A DNA stretch of 64,000 nucleotides from Candidatus Malihini olakiniferum (GTDB lineage Bacteria; Pseudomonadota; Gammaproteobacteria; Enterobacterales; Enterobacteriaceae), in assembly GCA_042263625.1 (NCBI GenBank), contig JBHKFL010000006.1:3766-67765 (forward strand), in the 5' to 3' direction. Position 1 is the first letter of the stretch. Each line of letters begins with the position of its first letter. Under the pieces are notes generated by a model, which worked only from the letters and a program-made list of their open reading frames with translations, searched no databases and was not told the origin of the DNA. Positions 10,781-22,248 of the stretch are shown piece after piece. Made by a program: the position numbers and the translations under genes.

Positions 10781-11482
10781 TCAGGCTTTTCCGGAAAGCT
10801 CTTCTAACATGGCTTCGACTATGCGTGATGATTGCTTGGTTGCCACAGCTAGAAAATCGTCAAAACTTAGTTTTGAGTCTTTGCCTGCGACATCAGAGAT
10901 GGCGCGTACCACCACGAAAGGAACATAGAACTGATGGCATACATGGGCAATAGCCGTTGCTTCCATTTCGACGGCGACGGACTGCGGGAAGGTACGGCGA
11001 ATACGGGATAGCGGTTCTGCACTATTGATAAAGGAATCACCACTGACGATAAGCCCTTGGACCGCATGCAGTTGCAGAGACGTAATCGCACGCTCTGCCA
11101 ATGCAATAAGCGATACGTCTGCAGGAAATGCTGCCGGACAGCCAGCCATCTGACCCGCTTCATAACCGAACGCGGTGACATCCACATCATGATAGCGTGC
11201 TTCGCTTGATATCACGATATCGCCGACGTTTAAAGTCGGCGATAGGCCGCCAGCAGAGCCGGTATTGATGATGATATCGGGTTGTGCGTATTCCAGAAGC
11301 AGCGTTGTGCCCATCGCGGCGGAAACCTTACCAATACCGGATTGTAGCAGCGTTATCTCTAAGCCTCTCAACCAGCCGATATAGATTACGCATCCGGCGC
11401 GCGTAAAGGTTGTAAGCTTTTCAATGCGATCGCGAAGAAGCGTCACTTCTTGTTTCATGGCACCGATAATGCCGACTTTCAT
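10781..11482 (-). CDS. mtnN: 5'-methylthioadenosine/S-adenosylhomocysteine nucleosidase
   Basis: [22 protein letters not shown] and VRAISD motifs. Confidence 0.95.
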   Translation of the reverse strand: MKVGIIGAMKQEVTLLRDRIEKLTTFTRAGCVIYIGWLRGLEITLLQSGIGKVSAAMGTTLLLEYAQPDIIINTGSAGGLSPTLNVGDIVISSEARYHDVDVTAFGYEAGQMAGCPAAFPADVSLIALAERAITSLQLHAVQGLIVSGDSFINSAEPLSRIRRTFPQSVAVEMEATAIAHVCHQFYVPFVVVRAISDVAGKDSKLSFDDFLAVATKQSSRIVEAMLEELSGKA

Positions 11483-11619
11483 AAGCTTTCCCACAACATT
11501 TCGAACAGAGAGTCGAAGTCTGCATTCTATAGCCTATCATGGCTAACGGTATGAAATGAAGTTCAGGTGTGGTGTTAGCAGCGCAAAAGAAAAATGTATC
11601 CGATAGCTATTCTTCTAAG

Positions 11620-12300
11620 AAGAAGAGCGTTCAGCGGGCCTCTTAGTCAACCAATTACGATTGAGAGTGAATGTGATATTTTTTATTTATTTGAACAATG
11701 ATAGGAGACGGTCTCATCAACTCCGCCCTGATTAGCCATTTACAAAAAAAAGACGAAAGTGTTTCCGCTAGAGCGGAACGCCGCCGAATGCGGATGATAG
11801 GAAACTCAGCTATTCTGCATTACCATGCAGAATAGCTGAGTCTATTTTTTGGTGCATACTCTGCGTAAGCAGAACCTTATAGCCTAATTTGTTGTATTCT
11901 AAAAATGTCTAGAGAGGCTCTTATATTGTTGATTTGTATTACACATATCTTTAATAGATGGGCTACTCTTCTTTCCTAAGAAGCTTTTATTGCTGAGTTG
12001 CGAAAGCAACTATCACTGGACGAATACCATCGCTTCCCGCTCACCCTATATTATGGAAGCGGTTAACGACATCTCCTACTGCGTCGTCCTAACCAGTAAA
12101 CAATTAATTATATCTGCCGCCACTCTAGACATGGCGGGGATAGAGAGCTTCCGCATTTTTCTAAAAACAGTAGAGTAGGTCTACAAAAGCCGAAAACAGC
12201 ATTTCGGGTGCAGTACCTACAGTCAATGTTTTATGCTGTTGCATGTTAATACCGTGTGGCGCTGGTGGTACTATATACCTTATATGTCGCATCTTTTTCT
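11620..12300 (+). pseudogene. dgt: dGTP triphosphohydrolase remnant
   Basis: LINSALISHLQKK-KVFPLERNAA and YIMEAVNDISYCV fragments. Confidence 0.85.
11804..11841. repeat. perfect inverted repeat, 17-bp arms, 4-nt loop
   Basis: ACTCAGCTATTCTGCAT-tacc-ATGCAGAATAGCTGAGT inside the dgt remnant. Confidence 0.95.
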
Positions 12301-12726
12301 TAAAAAGGACCTTCCAGTTAGGATAGCTCTTTTGATGAGGCGTTGCTAGAGGATAAGGGCGCGCAGGGCAGGATAAGCTATTGCGAGTATTTAAAAATGG
12401 TATATAATTATATGTTTAATAATGTAGATTCTCAAAATGTATTATGACCCTTTCAGCCTGAAAGGGAAAGATGATGCATCCGCATTATTCTATTGAACTC
12501 AGGTTGTCCGATAACTTTCCAGCAAGCATAGCTTTGGCTTATCGTGAAGCCACGCCTCAGACTTTCCTCTCTCGTGCGTTGGAAATCTATTATTGTGCAC
12601 GATTTAGTCAGTACTTGATCAGTGAGATGACATAATCTTTACGCTTATGGAGAAAATACCGGCAGCATAACAATGCTATGAAAAGCAGTTCCGTAATTAC
12701 TTACGTTTAGTCTGGCGCATAGTGAT

Positions 12727-12753
12727 GAACTTTGTGCTTTCTTCTGTATCTGA
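12727..12753 (+). promoter_or_regulatory. sigmaE promoter of degP
   Basis: GAACTT-16 bp-TCTGA consensus, 48 nt upstream of the ATG. Confidence 0.8.
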
Positions 12754-12801
12754 TATAGCGGAACTCCAATTGAACCTGCTGATACGACGAGATAATAGAT
12801 C

Positions 12802-14235
12802 ATGAAAAGAAAATCATTGGTTCTGAGTGCATTGGCGCTGAGTCTGGTAATGAGCATGTGGCAAGTCGCCGCGGCGACAGAGGCGACAAGATTAACATCC
12901 AGCCAGATGCCAAGTCTGGCTCCGATGCTCGAGAAAGTGATGCCTTCCGCCGTTAGCATCTCTATTGAAGGGCATACCGACATCAAGCGCAGCAATATTC
13001 CGCAGCAGATTCAACCTTTCTTTGGCGAAAATTCACCGTTCTGTCAGGAAGGTTCTCCCTTCCAACACTCCCCGATTTGTCAGGGAGGTGAAGATGAAGG
13101 AGAAGAGAGCGTGCCTGCGAATCGTGAGCATTTTCAGGCACTTGGTTCTGGCGTGGTGATTAACGCAGAGAAAGGCTATGTGGTAACTAATAACCACGTG
13201 GTAGAAAACGCGGATAAGATTCAGGTACGGCTCTACGACGGACGCAGATACGACGCTAAAGTGATTGGCAAAGACACGCGTACCGATATTGCATTAATCC
13301 AACTAATTGATTTTAAAAGACTAACAGCCATTAAGATCGCTGATTCCGATCAGTTATGCGTGGGTGATTATACAGTCGCGATTGGTAATCCGTATGGCTT
13401 AGGCCAGACGGCTACGTCCGGCATTGTTTCCGCGCTGGGGCGCAGCGGACTCAATATCGAAAATTATGAAAACTTTATCCAGACCGATGCAGCAATCAAC
13501 CGAGGCAACTCAGGTGGCGCATTAGTTAACCTCAATGGTGAACTTATCGGTCTGAACACTGCTATCCTTGCACCGGACGGCGGGAATATCGGTATTGGCT
13601 TTGCGATTCCTAGCAATATGGTGAAAAATCTGACAGCGCAACTGCTTGAATATGGCGATGTGAAACGCGGTGAGCTAGGTATTACCGGCACTGAGCTAAA
13701 CTCCGATTTGGCACAGGCGCTGAAAGTAGATGCGCAGCGCGGCGCGTTTGTCAGCCAGGTCAGGGCGAAATCAGCAGCAGATGACGCTGGCATCAAGGCT
13801 GGTGACGTAATTTTGACGCTGAATAATAAACCGATCAGCAGCTTTTCTGCACTACGTGCACAGGTTGGTTCTTTGCCAGTTGGAAGTAAGATCAAGCTAG
13901 GCTTGCTGCGTGAGGGTAAACCATTAACAGTAGAAGTGACCTTACAGCAGGCAAATCAGACGCAGATGGCCTCTGGCAATCTCTATCCTGGGATCAGCGG
14001 AGCATCACTCAGCAACACCGAAATCGAAGGACAGAAAGGTGTGAAGGTGGATGATGTAAAAGTTAGTTCGGCTGCAGCGAAAATTGGTTTGAAGAAGAAT
14101 GACGTGATACTTGCTGTTAATCAGCAACCGGTGCAGAATCTCGGCGAACTGCGTACAATCCTGGACAGCAAGCCTACTGTATTGGCACTGAATGTGCGAC
14201 GTGGAGATATAACACTTTATCTATTAGCACAATAA
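12802..14235 (+). CDS. degP: periplasmic serine endoprotease DegP
   Basis: Signal peptide, TNNHV and GNSGG catalytic motifs, two PDZ domains. Confidence 0.96.
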   Translation: MKRKSLVLSALALSLVMSMWQVAAATEATRLTSSQMPSLAPMLEKVMPSAVSISIEGHTDIKRSNIPQQIQPFFGENSPFCQEGSPFQHSPICQGGEDEGEESVPANREHFQALGSGVVINAEKGYVVTNNHVVENADKIQVRLYDGRRYDAKVIGKDTRTDIALIQLIDFKRLTAIKIADSDQLCVGDYTVAIGNPYGLGQTATSGIVSALGRSGLNIENYENFIQTDAAINRGNSGGALVNLNGELIGLNTAILAPDGGNIGIGFAIPSNMVKNLTAQLLEYGDVKRGELGITGTELNSDLAQALKVDAQRGAFVSQVRAKSAADDAGIKAGDVILTLNNKPISSFSALRAQVGSLPVGSKIKLGLLREGKPLTVEVTLQQANQTQMASGNLYPGISGASLSNTEIEGQKGVKVDDVKVSSAAAKIGLKKNDVILAVNQQPVQNLGELRTILDSKPTVLALNVRRGDITLYLLAQ

Positions 14236-14244
14236 ATAATAGAA

Positions 14245-14276
14245 GCCCTTTCAAACTGAAAGGAGCGTATTCTTTT
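14245..14276 (+). terminator. intrinsic terminator of degP
   Basis: CCTTTCA-aac-TGAAAGG stem followed by a T-rich tract. Confidence 0.6.
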
Positions 14277-14379
14277 CGCTCCTTTTTATTTTGGCTTTTG
14301 CAAACCTCCCTTTTGCCAACTGGGCAATGTTCTGCTAGCCTGGGAAAATGCGATCGGTTGGATATTAGTACATAGTCGA

Positions 14380-14690
14380 TATCTATTTTAGTAGAGAGGC
14401 CGGTAGCAGAATCTTTTATGGATAAAGTGATTGAGTGTAAAGGCACGCAAAAACAGGCTAAAGCTTATCTGAAATACCTCTGCGGGGATGCACACTGCAC
14501 TGCGTAATGCTTCGATAGCCGAAGAGTTTAAAGGTAATCTTGGTTTTAATCTTATTTTAGATAGATGAATTAGCTATTTAAATTTGATTTTATTGATCTT
14601 AGTGTCATCTATTCCACTTACAGTACTGTATAAAACCAATAGGTTTATTGTTTAGCTATGTTTCTTTCTACGCTGGTTAGGACTGGTTTT
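14380..14690 (+). pseudogene. possible LysR-family (yfeR-like) remnant
   Basis: Fragments FSR-AGSRI and EEFKGNLGFNLILDR* resemble a LysR HTH; orientation fits yfeR next to valU. Weak. Confidence 0.3.
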
Positions 14691-15469
14691 GCTTTGGCAT
14701 TTGCACGCGTAGTAAGGAAAGGAATAGGAATACGGTTCGGTGATACTTATTACGGGGAATATTCGGTTTAAAAATTTCCCCTCCCTTTCTGATTGCATCC
14801 AAGTTTAATTAGTATTAACTGCAAGGTAACTGCAAGGGTAAAATTAGTTGCAGCGTTTAGGCTATTGGTTTCTTTCATTATAATACTAATTGCATAGAAT
14901 AGGTACTTGCTATCTCTGCACGAGCTCCTAAGGCTAAAAACGCGCACGCACCTATTATATACTGGTAACGCTAGCTTAGCTTGTAGTTTTTCTGCTGCTG
15001 ATATTGCCATGATTGATAGTACTGATCTAGGAGTTGATGAATGCGTTGGTACATTCTAGAATGTGATTTCTAAACTCGAAACCTAATTGCCAGGCATTTT
15101 TACTCAACTCATTTTATAGTAAAATTAATGGTAGCTGCGCTGAGCAATATTAATAATTAACCCTATGTATATTCAAAATATTTTGTGAAAGACAACATAG
15201 CGTAGTGTCCCCCTTTTAGTAGGGTAGAGAAAGCAAATTCATTTAACATAGCTAGTTAAACTTGCTGTGTTAGTTACGATAACAAGCTCGTAGCCGGTAA
15301 CATAGTGAAAAATTAACGTTAAAAAATAGAGAAGACACAAAGACGGATAGGAAAAAAATGCAAATAGAGACATAAGCGTTCATAGTTAATAAACATAGTT
15401 TTTGTTTGCACGATGTTTTAGATAGGAAAACGTGGCCTTTAAGAAGTAATAAAAGAATTTTTACAGAAA

Positions 15470-15545
15470 TGGTGGGTCGTGCAAGATTCGAACCTGCGAC
15501 CAATTGATTAAAAGTCAACTGCTCTACCGACTGAGCTAACGACCC
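15470..15545 (-). tRNA. tRNA-Lys(TTT)
   Basis: 76 nt, GGGTCGTTAGCTCAG...ACTTTTAATC...CCCACCA, near-identical to enterobacterial lysV. Confidence 0.97.
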
Positions 15546-15552
15546 ATAGAAG

Positions 15553-15628
15553 TGGTGGGTGATGACGGTATCGAACCGCCGACCCCCTCCTTGTAAGGGA
15601 GGTGCTCTCCCAGCTGAGCTAATCACCC
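15553..15628 (-). tRNA. tRNA-Val(TAC)
   Basis: 76 nt, GGGTGATTAGCTCAG...CTTACAA...CCCACCA; T-loop reads TTCGATA. Confidence 0.97.
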
Positions 15629-15878
15629 TCACTGTCTAAAGATGATTATAGGGATAGTTGAAAGTGAGTCAACGGTTTTTTAAATGCAAAATTTATGTTC
15701 ATCATAAAATCAAAAAAGTCTCTTTTTTAGAGAGACCGGTTGATAATTCGGTGGATTGTTTACCCTAGTGCACGCTCAATATGTTTGCAGCATTGAAGAA
15801 TCAGGGAAAAGTGATAGAATACTAGTGCTGTTGCTAGTGCCTTTCAGGGAGGCGTAAGTAAGAACGCTTATTATCCTA

Positions 15879-17294
15879 ATGAAAATTAAAACTCGTTTCG
15901 CGCCAAGCCCCACTGGATATCTGCATGTCGGAGGCGCTCGTACTGCGCTTTACTCGTGGCTCTTTGCACGTCACCATGGGGGTAAGTTTGTTTTACGCAT
16001 TGAAGACACTGATCTAGAACGCTCAACTCAGGATGCTATCAATGCCATTATGGACAGTATGAAGTGGTTGAGCCTGGATTGGGATGAGGGTCCGTACTAC
16101 CAAACTAAGCGTTTCGATCGCTATAACGCAGTGATTGACGAAATGTTAGTGCAGGGTACCGCCTATAAGTGCTATTGCAGCCGTGAACGTTTGGAAGCAC
16201 TCCGGGAAGATCAAATAAAAAAGGGTGAAAAACCTCGCTATGACGGCTACTGCCGCGATTTTCATAAGCATCCTGTAGCAGATGAACCTGACGTAGTCCG
16301 TTTTCGGAATCCGCAAGACGGTTTAGTGATTTTTAACGACCGTATTCGTGGTCCGATCGAATTCAGTAACCAGGAATTGGACGATCTGATTATTCGACGT
16401 ACTGATGGTTCGCCTACTTATAACTTCTGCGTAGTGATTGACGACTGGGATATGGAAATTACGCATGTTATCCGTGGGGAAGATCATATCAGTAACACCC
16501 CACGTCAAATTAACATCCTGAAAGCGTTGGGTGCACCGGTTCCGGAATACGCCCATGTGTCGATGATTCTCGGCGATGATGGAAAGAAACTGTCCAAGCG
16601 TCATGGTGCAGTGGGTGTTATGCAGTATCGTGATGATGGTTATCTGCCGGAAGTTCTACTCAACTATCTAGTTCGTCTAGGTTGGGCGAATGGCAATCAG
16701 GAAATTTTTTCCATTAAGGAGATGACGCAGTTGTTTACACTGGATGCTGTAAGCAAATCAGCCAGTATTTTTAATACCGAAAAGTTACAGTGGCTCGATC
16801 ACCACTATATTAATCATTTACCTGCTGAATATGTAGCGACGCACCTGTCATGGCATATTCAGCAAGCTGGGATCGATACCCGCATCGGGCCACAACTCAG
16901 TGAACTGGTAACACTGCTGGGTGAGCGCTGTAAAACGCTGAAAGAGATCGCGGCATCTTGTCGTTATTTCTATGAGGATTTTGGCGAATTTGATGCCAAT
17001 GCTGTCAAGAAATATCTGTGTCCAGTCGATCGACAACCGCTGGAGCTAGTACGTGAGAAACTTGCCCATATCAGTGACTGGATGCCGGAAAACATTCATC
17101 ATGCTATTCAGAGCACAGCAGATGAGCTACAACAAGGCATGGGTAAAGTAGGTATGCCACTGCGTGTAGCTATAACTGGTGCAGGTCAATCACCTAGAGT
17201 GGATGTCACGGTGCATGCGATTGGTCAGCAACGGGCATTGGCACGCATCGATAAAGCTCTATCCTTTATCGTCGAGCGTGAAGTACAGCAATAA
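15879..17294 (+). CDS. gltX: glutamate--tRNA ligase
   Basis: [11 protein letters not shown] and KLSKR motifs; divergent from the valU-type cluster. Confidence 0.97.
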   Translation: MKIKTRFAPSPTGYLHVGGARTALYSWLFARHHGGKFVLRIEDTDLERSTQDAINAIMDSMKWLSLDWDEGPYYQTKRFDRYNAVIDEMLVQGTAYKCYCSRERLEALREDQIKKGEKPRYDGYCRDFHKHPVADEPDVVRFRNPQDGLVIFNDRIRGPIEFSNQELDDLIIRRTDGSPTYNFCVVIDDWDMEITHVIRGEDHISNTPRQINILKALGAPVPEYAHVSMILGDDGKKLSKRHGAVGVMQYRDDGYLPEVLLNYLVRLGWANGNQEIFSIKEMTQLFTLDAVSKSASIFNTEKLQWLDHHYINHLPAEYVATHLSWHIQQAGIDTRIGPQLSELVTLLGERCKTLKEIAASCRYFYEDFGEFDANAVKKYLCPVDRQPLELVREKLAHISDWMPENIHHAIQSTADELQQGMGKVGMPLRVAITGAGQSPRVDVTVHAIGQQRALARIDKALSFIVEREVQQ

Positions 17295-17839
17295 ATACCT
17301 AACTCACAAGATCAATTTGCGCTCATTGCAGCTTTCCCTTATGAAGAACCCGCTACCGTGGGGCATTTTTTATGATCCACTCGTTTTATAAACGAGATGC
17401 CTTTATGTTCTGTTATGCTAGCCTTTTAAAAAATTACTGTGATGTAAGTGCCACCTTTATGATTTTGCCCCCGTATGGGAGATCACACGCCAAACTGAAG
17501 TAGCTCTTTGTGTTTTCAGAAAATGTTGCGACAGGGGCTGTCCCCGTATGCGCAAAAGGCTAGAGGCGATCATGTTACTAAGCACAATAGGAAAATAGCG
17601 TATAAAGACCTATTTAGGTTATATTGAGTGAGTAAAAATATGAAAAAATACGGTATCCTTACCAAGGATTTTTCTGTTTTTACGCTGGGCAGCACATCAA
17701 CAACGCCAATAAAAGCGGAGAACTAGCCTCTTTTTTCAGCGATTACTTGTTGGAGTAAGTAGATTTGGCCGTTGACGCAAATGAGGGGGTTGCATATTAG
17801 GCATGCCGTAATATGTGCCACTGTCTGATGTAATGTAAT

Positions 17840-17915
17840 GGGGCTATAGCTTAGCAGGCAGAGCGCTTGCATGGCATGCAAGAGGTCAGCGGTTCGATCC
17901 CGCTTAGCTCCAACA
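17840..17915 (+). tRNA. tRNA-Ala(GGC), degenerate, no encoded CCA
   Basis: alaW/X-like; G3:U70 and GGC anticodon intact; D-arm reads GCTTAGCAGGCAGAGC; 3' end ACA. Confidence 0.85.
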
Positions 17916-18051
17916 CTCTCTTCTTATTTGAATTTTCTATTTGCTTTTCTCTAAAAGATTTCTTATGCGCCCGAGTATAAGGTCTTTCTGCCCTTCTTCC
18001 AAGATCGCAGACAGTTTGCGTTGTGTCCTCCCGCCTGCATAAGCGAATTCA

Positions 18052-18741
18052 TTACCGATCCGAATCTGGTAGGCGTGGCATCCAGTCAATGCGAGAGAAT
18101 CCTTTCTGTGTCAATAATTGATTCGTTTTAGAAAAATGGTGGCAACCTAAAAAACCACGGTGTGCTGAAAGTGGCGACGGATGCGGAGATTTCAGCACAT
18201 AATGGTGCTGAGTATCGATAATGCTACACTTTTTCTGAGCATGGCAACCCCACAACAGAAACACAATGTCTTCACATTTTTCATTTAACAAGCTTATCAC
18301 GCGATCGGTAAAGGTTTCCCAGTAGAGGCTGTCGTGTGAATGTGCCTTTCCTGACTCTACCGTTAATACGGTATTTAACAGTAGCACCCCTTGCTCTGCC
18401 CAGCTTTGTAAGCAGCCATGTTGGGGAACGGTAAAACCCAAGATATCGTTCGCCAGTTCTTTATATATATTCATCAATGATGGCGGTGCGTGAATGCCTG
18501 GACGGACAGAAAATGACAGGCCGTGTGCCTGATTAGGCCCGTAGTACGGATCTTGTCCCAATATGACGACTTTGACCTGATTAAACTCCGTATACCGAAA
18601 TGCATTAAACACATCTTTCTGCGGGGGATAAATTACCTTTCCGGCGGAGCGGGCCTTACCAATAAATTGCAACGTTTGCACAAAATAAGGCTTCTGCTTT
18701 TCCTGTGCCAAAATATCATGCCACGTTAGTACGGTTGTCAT
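18052..18741 (-). CDS. ung: uracil-DNA glycosylase
   Basis: GQDPY, GVLLLN and HPSPLS motifs. Confidence 0.96.
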   Translation of the reverse strand: MTTVLTWHDILAQEKQKPYFVQTLQFIGKARSAGKVIYPPQKDVFNAFRYTEFNQVKVVILGQDPYYGPNQAHGLSFSVRPGIHAPPSLMNIYKELANDILGFTVPQHGCLQSWAEQGVLLLNTVLTVESGKAHSHDSLYWETFTDRVISLLNEKCEDIVFLLWGCHAQKKCSIIDTQHHYVLKSPHPSPLSAHRGFLGCHHFSKTNQLLTQKGFSRIDWMPRLPDSDR

Positions 18742-19042
18742 TCTGTCCTCGATGCTTATGTTGTGAAAGAGGACTGTATCTTACCGATCCCTAAGCTAGG
18801 GATAAAATACTGCAATAGAAAAATTCAATCTATAAAAAGGTAAATTATAAAAAATTAAAAAAATTATAAAACACTGCATCGTTTCTTTTGGTTAACTTTG
18901 ATGCTGAAAAATTAATTGCTTGCTGAGTGTTTTTTTATACTAAATGAATTGCTTTAAATCGAAGTTAAAACCTCGTAGCCTTAGTGAGTACTGCAACCCT
19001 TTCCAGTTTCAGACCCGATTACGCGATTTTACAGAGACTGTT

Positions 19043-19433
19043 ATAGTTACTGGCATTTAAATTACTAAAGAATAAAAACAATGCGCTGATTAACTCTTTT
19101 TGGCTGCTTAATAAAAAAATCAGAAGCACGATGCATATGCGCTAAAGCAGACTAGGATAAAAACTAGATCGTTCCCCAGTGAGCGATCTGATGGGTTTGA
19201 ATATCGTGACGTTCCGTTTAGAAAACAAACAGATAGTCTGTGTTGAAGTTAGCCAACATCTATCTGAACATAAAGGTTTTACGTCATGCAACGCTGTAAG
19301 ATACGGTAAAATAACCTAAAAAATACTCTCGGCTAAAACGATCCGAGTTGCTATTTATACTATGCGTTTCACTTAACTGACTCTAGAACAGCAATGTGAT
19401 ATGAGCAACAATGCTTTTATAGAAAGTCTGTAA
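19043..19433 (+). pseudogene. grcA: autonomous glycyl radical cofactor, full-length pseudogene
   Basis: VTGI*ITK..LINSFWLL..EARCICAKA...EQQCD..FIESL*, with multiple stops and frameshifts. Confidence 0.92.
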
Positions 19434-19450
19434 TCGCACTCTTCTGATGA

Positions 19451-19485
19451 TAAAAAGAGGGAGTAAAAGATCCCCTTTTGAAAAA
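19451..19485. terminator. probable bidirectional terminator between srmB and grcA
   Basis: AAAAGAGGGA..TCCCCTTTT stem between convergent genes. Confidence 0.5.
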
Positions 19486-19486
19486 A

Positions 19487-20818
19487 TTACTCTGCGCCAA
19501 AAGTCGCATCGTCCGTTTTCTGCGTTGGCTGTCGGCGCTTACCTACGTTCTTTCTGTCTCGGTAACGTATTTTTACTTTTGTTTTTTCTTTCTTCTTTTT
19601 CTTATCCTCTATACGTCTTGCCCGCACTTTTTTTGAAGGTTTACCATTATTTTTTTCGCTTGGCGCTTTATTTTTCGGGCGTAACTCATCAATAACGCGC
19701 GCTTTTAGCAGCTCCTTTAAATAGCGATTAATTTTTCTAAGGAGAAGATGATCGTGTGCTTCTACCAGTGAAATAGCATACCCTTTTTTTCCTGCGCGTC
19801 CGGTACGCCCAATACGGTGCAAGTAGGTATCGGCTGTCAGCGGCAGGTCAAAGTTGAAGACATGGCTGACATCGTTGATGTCTAATCCGCGGGCGGCAAC
19901 GTCAGTTGCAATCAATACATTAACCAGTCCATCTCTTAAATTCTTGATGGCTTGATTGCGTTTAGCCTGCACTATTTCTCCTTCCAGGTGGCAAGTGTTG
20001 ATACCTGCTTCTCGAAGCCAGGCAGCGAGTTCGTGCAAGCGCTCTCGCTTACGTACAAAAACAATGGAACGGGTAGCTTCTGGTTGTTTTAGAAGATGAG
20101 CTAGTAGTGCGGTTTTATGCTCAATACCATCAGCACGGTAAAAGCATTGCAAAAAATTTTTACGCTCTCCCCGTGAAGGGTCTGCTTCTATTTCTATCGC
20201 CTCTTTTAAGAGGCGCGCTGCAAAATCTTTTACAGCATAGCCTTCTAACGTGGCGGAAAACAGAAAGGTTTGTGTGCGCCAACGAGTTTTACCGGCAATA
20301 AGCTCAATATCTTTGATAAATCCCATATCGAGCATACGATCCGCTTCGTCTAGAATCAGTATTTCTACTGCCTGGCAGTTAAAGTTTTCTTCTTTGATGT
20401 ATTGCAGCAGACGTCCTGTTGTTGCTACAACAATATCTTGGTTCTCGCTGAAGACTTCAGCGTGGTTCATATACGCCACACCGCCAGTAATAGTTGCTAC
20501 ATCCAGATGAGTGTAAGCTGCTAAAGCTTTAGCCTGTTCGGCAACCTGCATCGTCAGTTCACGCGTGGGAGTTAAAATCAAAATTCGCGGTGGCCCTGTT
20601 TTTTCACGTGGGAACTCAATCAGATGCTGCAACGCAGGCAGTAAATAAGCTGCTGTTTTTCCTGTTCCTGTTGGCGCAGAGCCGAGAATATCCCTCCCTT
20701 CTCTTGCTAGTGGGATAACTGCAAGTTGAATGGTGGTAGGCCGCTCATACCCCAAATCACGCAAGGCATCTAGTAGGCTCTTATCAAGATCAAGATCAAA
20801 AAATTGGGTTGCAGTCAT
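19487..20818 (-). CDS. srmB: DEAD-box RNA helicase SrmB
   Basis: PTGTGKT, DEAD, SAT and HRIGRTGR motifs; basic C-terminal tail. Confidence 0.96.
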   Translation of the reverse strand: MTATQFFDLDLDKSLLDALRDLGYERPTTIQLAVIPLAREGRDILGSAPTGTGKTAAYLLPALQHLIEFPREKTGPPRILILTPTRELTMQVAEQAKALAAYTHLDVATITGGVAYMNHAEVFSENQDIVVATTGRLLQYIKEENFNCQAVEILILDEADRMLDMGFIKDIELIAGKTRWRTQTFLFSATLEGYAVKDFAARLLKEAIEIEADPSRGERKNFLQCFYRADGIEHKTALLAHLLKQPEATRSIVFVRKRERLHELAAWLREAGINTCHLEGEIVQAKRNQAIKNLRDGLVNVLIATDVAARGLDINDVSHVFNFDLPLTADTYLHRIGRTGRAGKKGYAISLVEAHDHLLLRKINRYLKELLKARVIDELRPKNKAPSEKNNGKPSKKVRARRIEDKKKKKEKTKVKIRYRDRKNVGKRRQPTQKTDDATFGAE

Positions 20819-20987
20819 GGTCTACTCTGTTTATAGCGCTGATTATAGACGCATTATGCGTACGCTTTATCCTCTGTTTACACCACATATATTTCATACT
20901 ACACACTTGTACGTTTCATTTTTTGTGCCTTCTCCTGTTCTAGAGATTCACTTATGCTCTGGTACTTTTTAGGAGGATTAGCCCATC

Positions 20988-21739
20988 ATGCATCAGCACG
21001 CAGCGCAAGTACAAACATTGCGGCGTAATGAGTTTTCACGTTTAAACAATTTTTTCTTTCTCACGATCTTTTCGTGATGAAAGTAGGCACGGATGCGATC
21101 CTCTTCGGTGCCTAGCTCCAGTGCCGAACTGGTCGTATTCTTAATATGAGCTATGGTTTAGGATTTATAGTCCTAATGTTAGCTTAGCGTAGCCTAGAAA
21201 CATTAATGATCAATGTTCTGGAGTTAGCTCTCTAAGTCAGTACGTAACTAAAAAACCAGCAATCACCCCCTCTTGAAATCATATATCACCTTGATAACAT
21301 TGTTATTTTTAGAAAGTAAACGGCTTTACTGTACGCCTTTATTTTCAGTAATCCTCAGTTTTTGTCAAGATGTGTTTATCGAACTCCGGAACTCAGAAAA
21401 GCCCGTTATTCTGAGTCGTTGCTCGAGTGTACCGCCATATTATATTTCTGGAGCCGGAGGGCTACTTTTGTGGTGCTGCCAATTCCGATTACAAGTAATT
21501 TTGTGTGCTGATTACAAGTAATTTTGTGTGCTATAGATAGCATGCCACCTACTGTTGGTTTCTATACGTCAACGTCTAATGGTACACAAGCGAACGGATA
21601 GAAAGCCCCATCGGGAACTCGAGACCTTTTCGAAGAAAAGGCGGTCTCTAATACGGAAACGCTTATCGTGCGTACAGATGATGGTGGCTATTCTTTTGAA
21701 TTTCGCGCACTGACAAAAGAGTTCTATTTATTGATGTAA
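20988..21739 (+). pseudogene. yfiC: tRNA1(Val) A37 N6-methyltransferase pseudogene
   Basis: LRRN-FKQFF-HD-MKVGTDAILFGA*, SVPPYY (was NPPY), FRALTKEFYL*. Confidence 0.9.
21487..21532. repeat. exact tandem duplication, 23 bp x2
   Basis: GATTACAAGTAATTTTGTGTGCT repeated head to tail inside yfiC. Confidence 0.95.
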
Positions 21740-22133
21740 GATATCCCCGTACAATTGGATGTTACAGGTGTGTTGGCGATGATCACGTATCCGAACGCTT
21801 GCCTGAGCCTGAGTAAGCGCATTAGGATAATGAACCTCATCCAGAAGGTTCTCTCTATGGCCAGCACAATCGCTATTCAAAACGTTAATACTTTGTCCTG
21901 GAACTTGAATTCTCTAAGATATAGTGTCGCTAAGCAAGTAGAGAGGGTACTAAAGACTCGCACGGTGCTATTAAGCGCTTTTTCACGTCTTATCCCCTGA
22001 CTTGTCCTGATGAAAGAAAAGAATAGAAATCTGCCCGGAATGTAAGAGTGTAAACTTCGACGCGCGAAGATACATGGGGTAGGCTGAGCAATATAAAAAA
22101 GAAAAAACTCTAAAGAAAGAAAAATGCCGTCTG

Positions 22134-22160
22134 GAACTTTTTTTGATGGATACTGTCTGC
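22134..22160 (+). promoter_or_regulatory. sigmaE autoregulatory promoter of rpoE (P2-like)
   Basis: GAACTT-16 bp-TCTGC; the -10 deviates from TCTAA/TCTGA. Confidence 0.6.
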
Positions 22161-22248
22161 TTAAAAGCTTGCTCAGATTATTCAATAACGACATGGCTGG
22201 CAGTACTATTTCACGTGTGGAGACCGGTTTGAGGAGATATTACCTCGG

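Noticed and set aside
21740-22100. nadB remnant; ORFs 21755-22000 and 21877-22194
   Set aside because: This is the syntenic slot for nadB, but I found no convincing motif, and the ORFs have no recognisable product.
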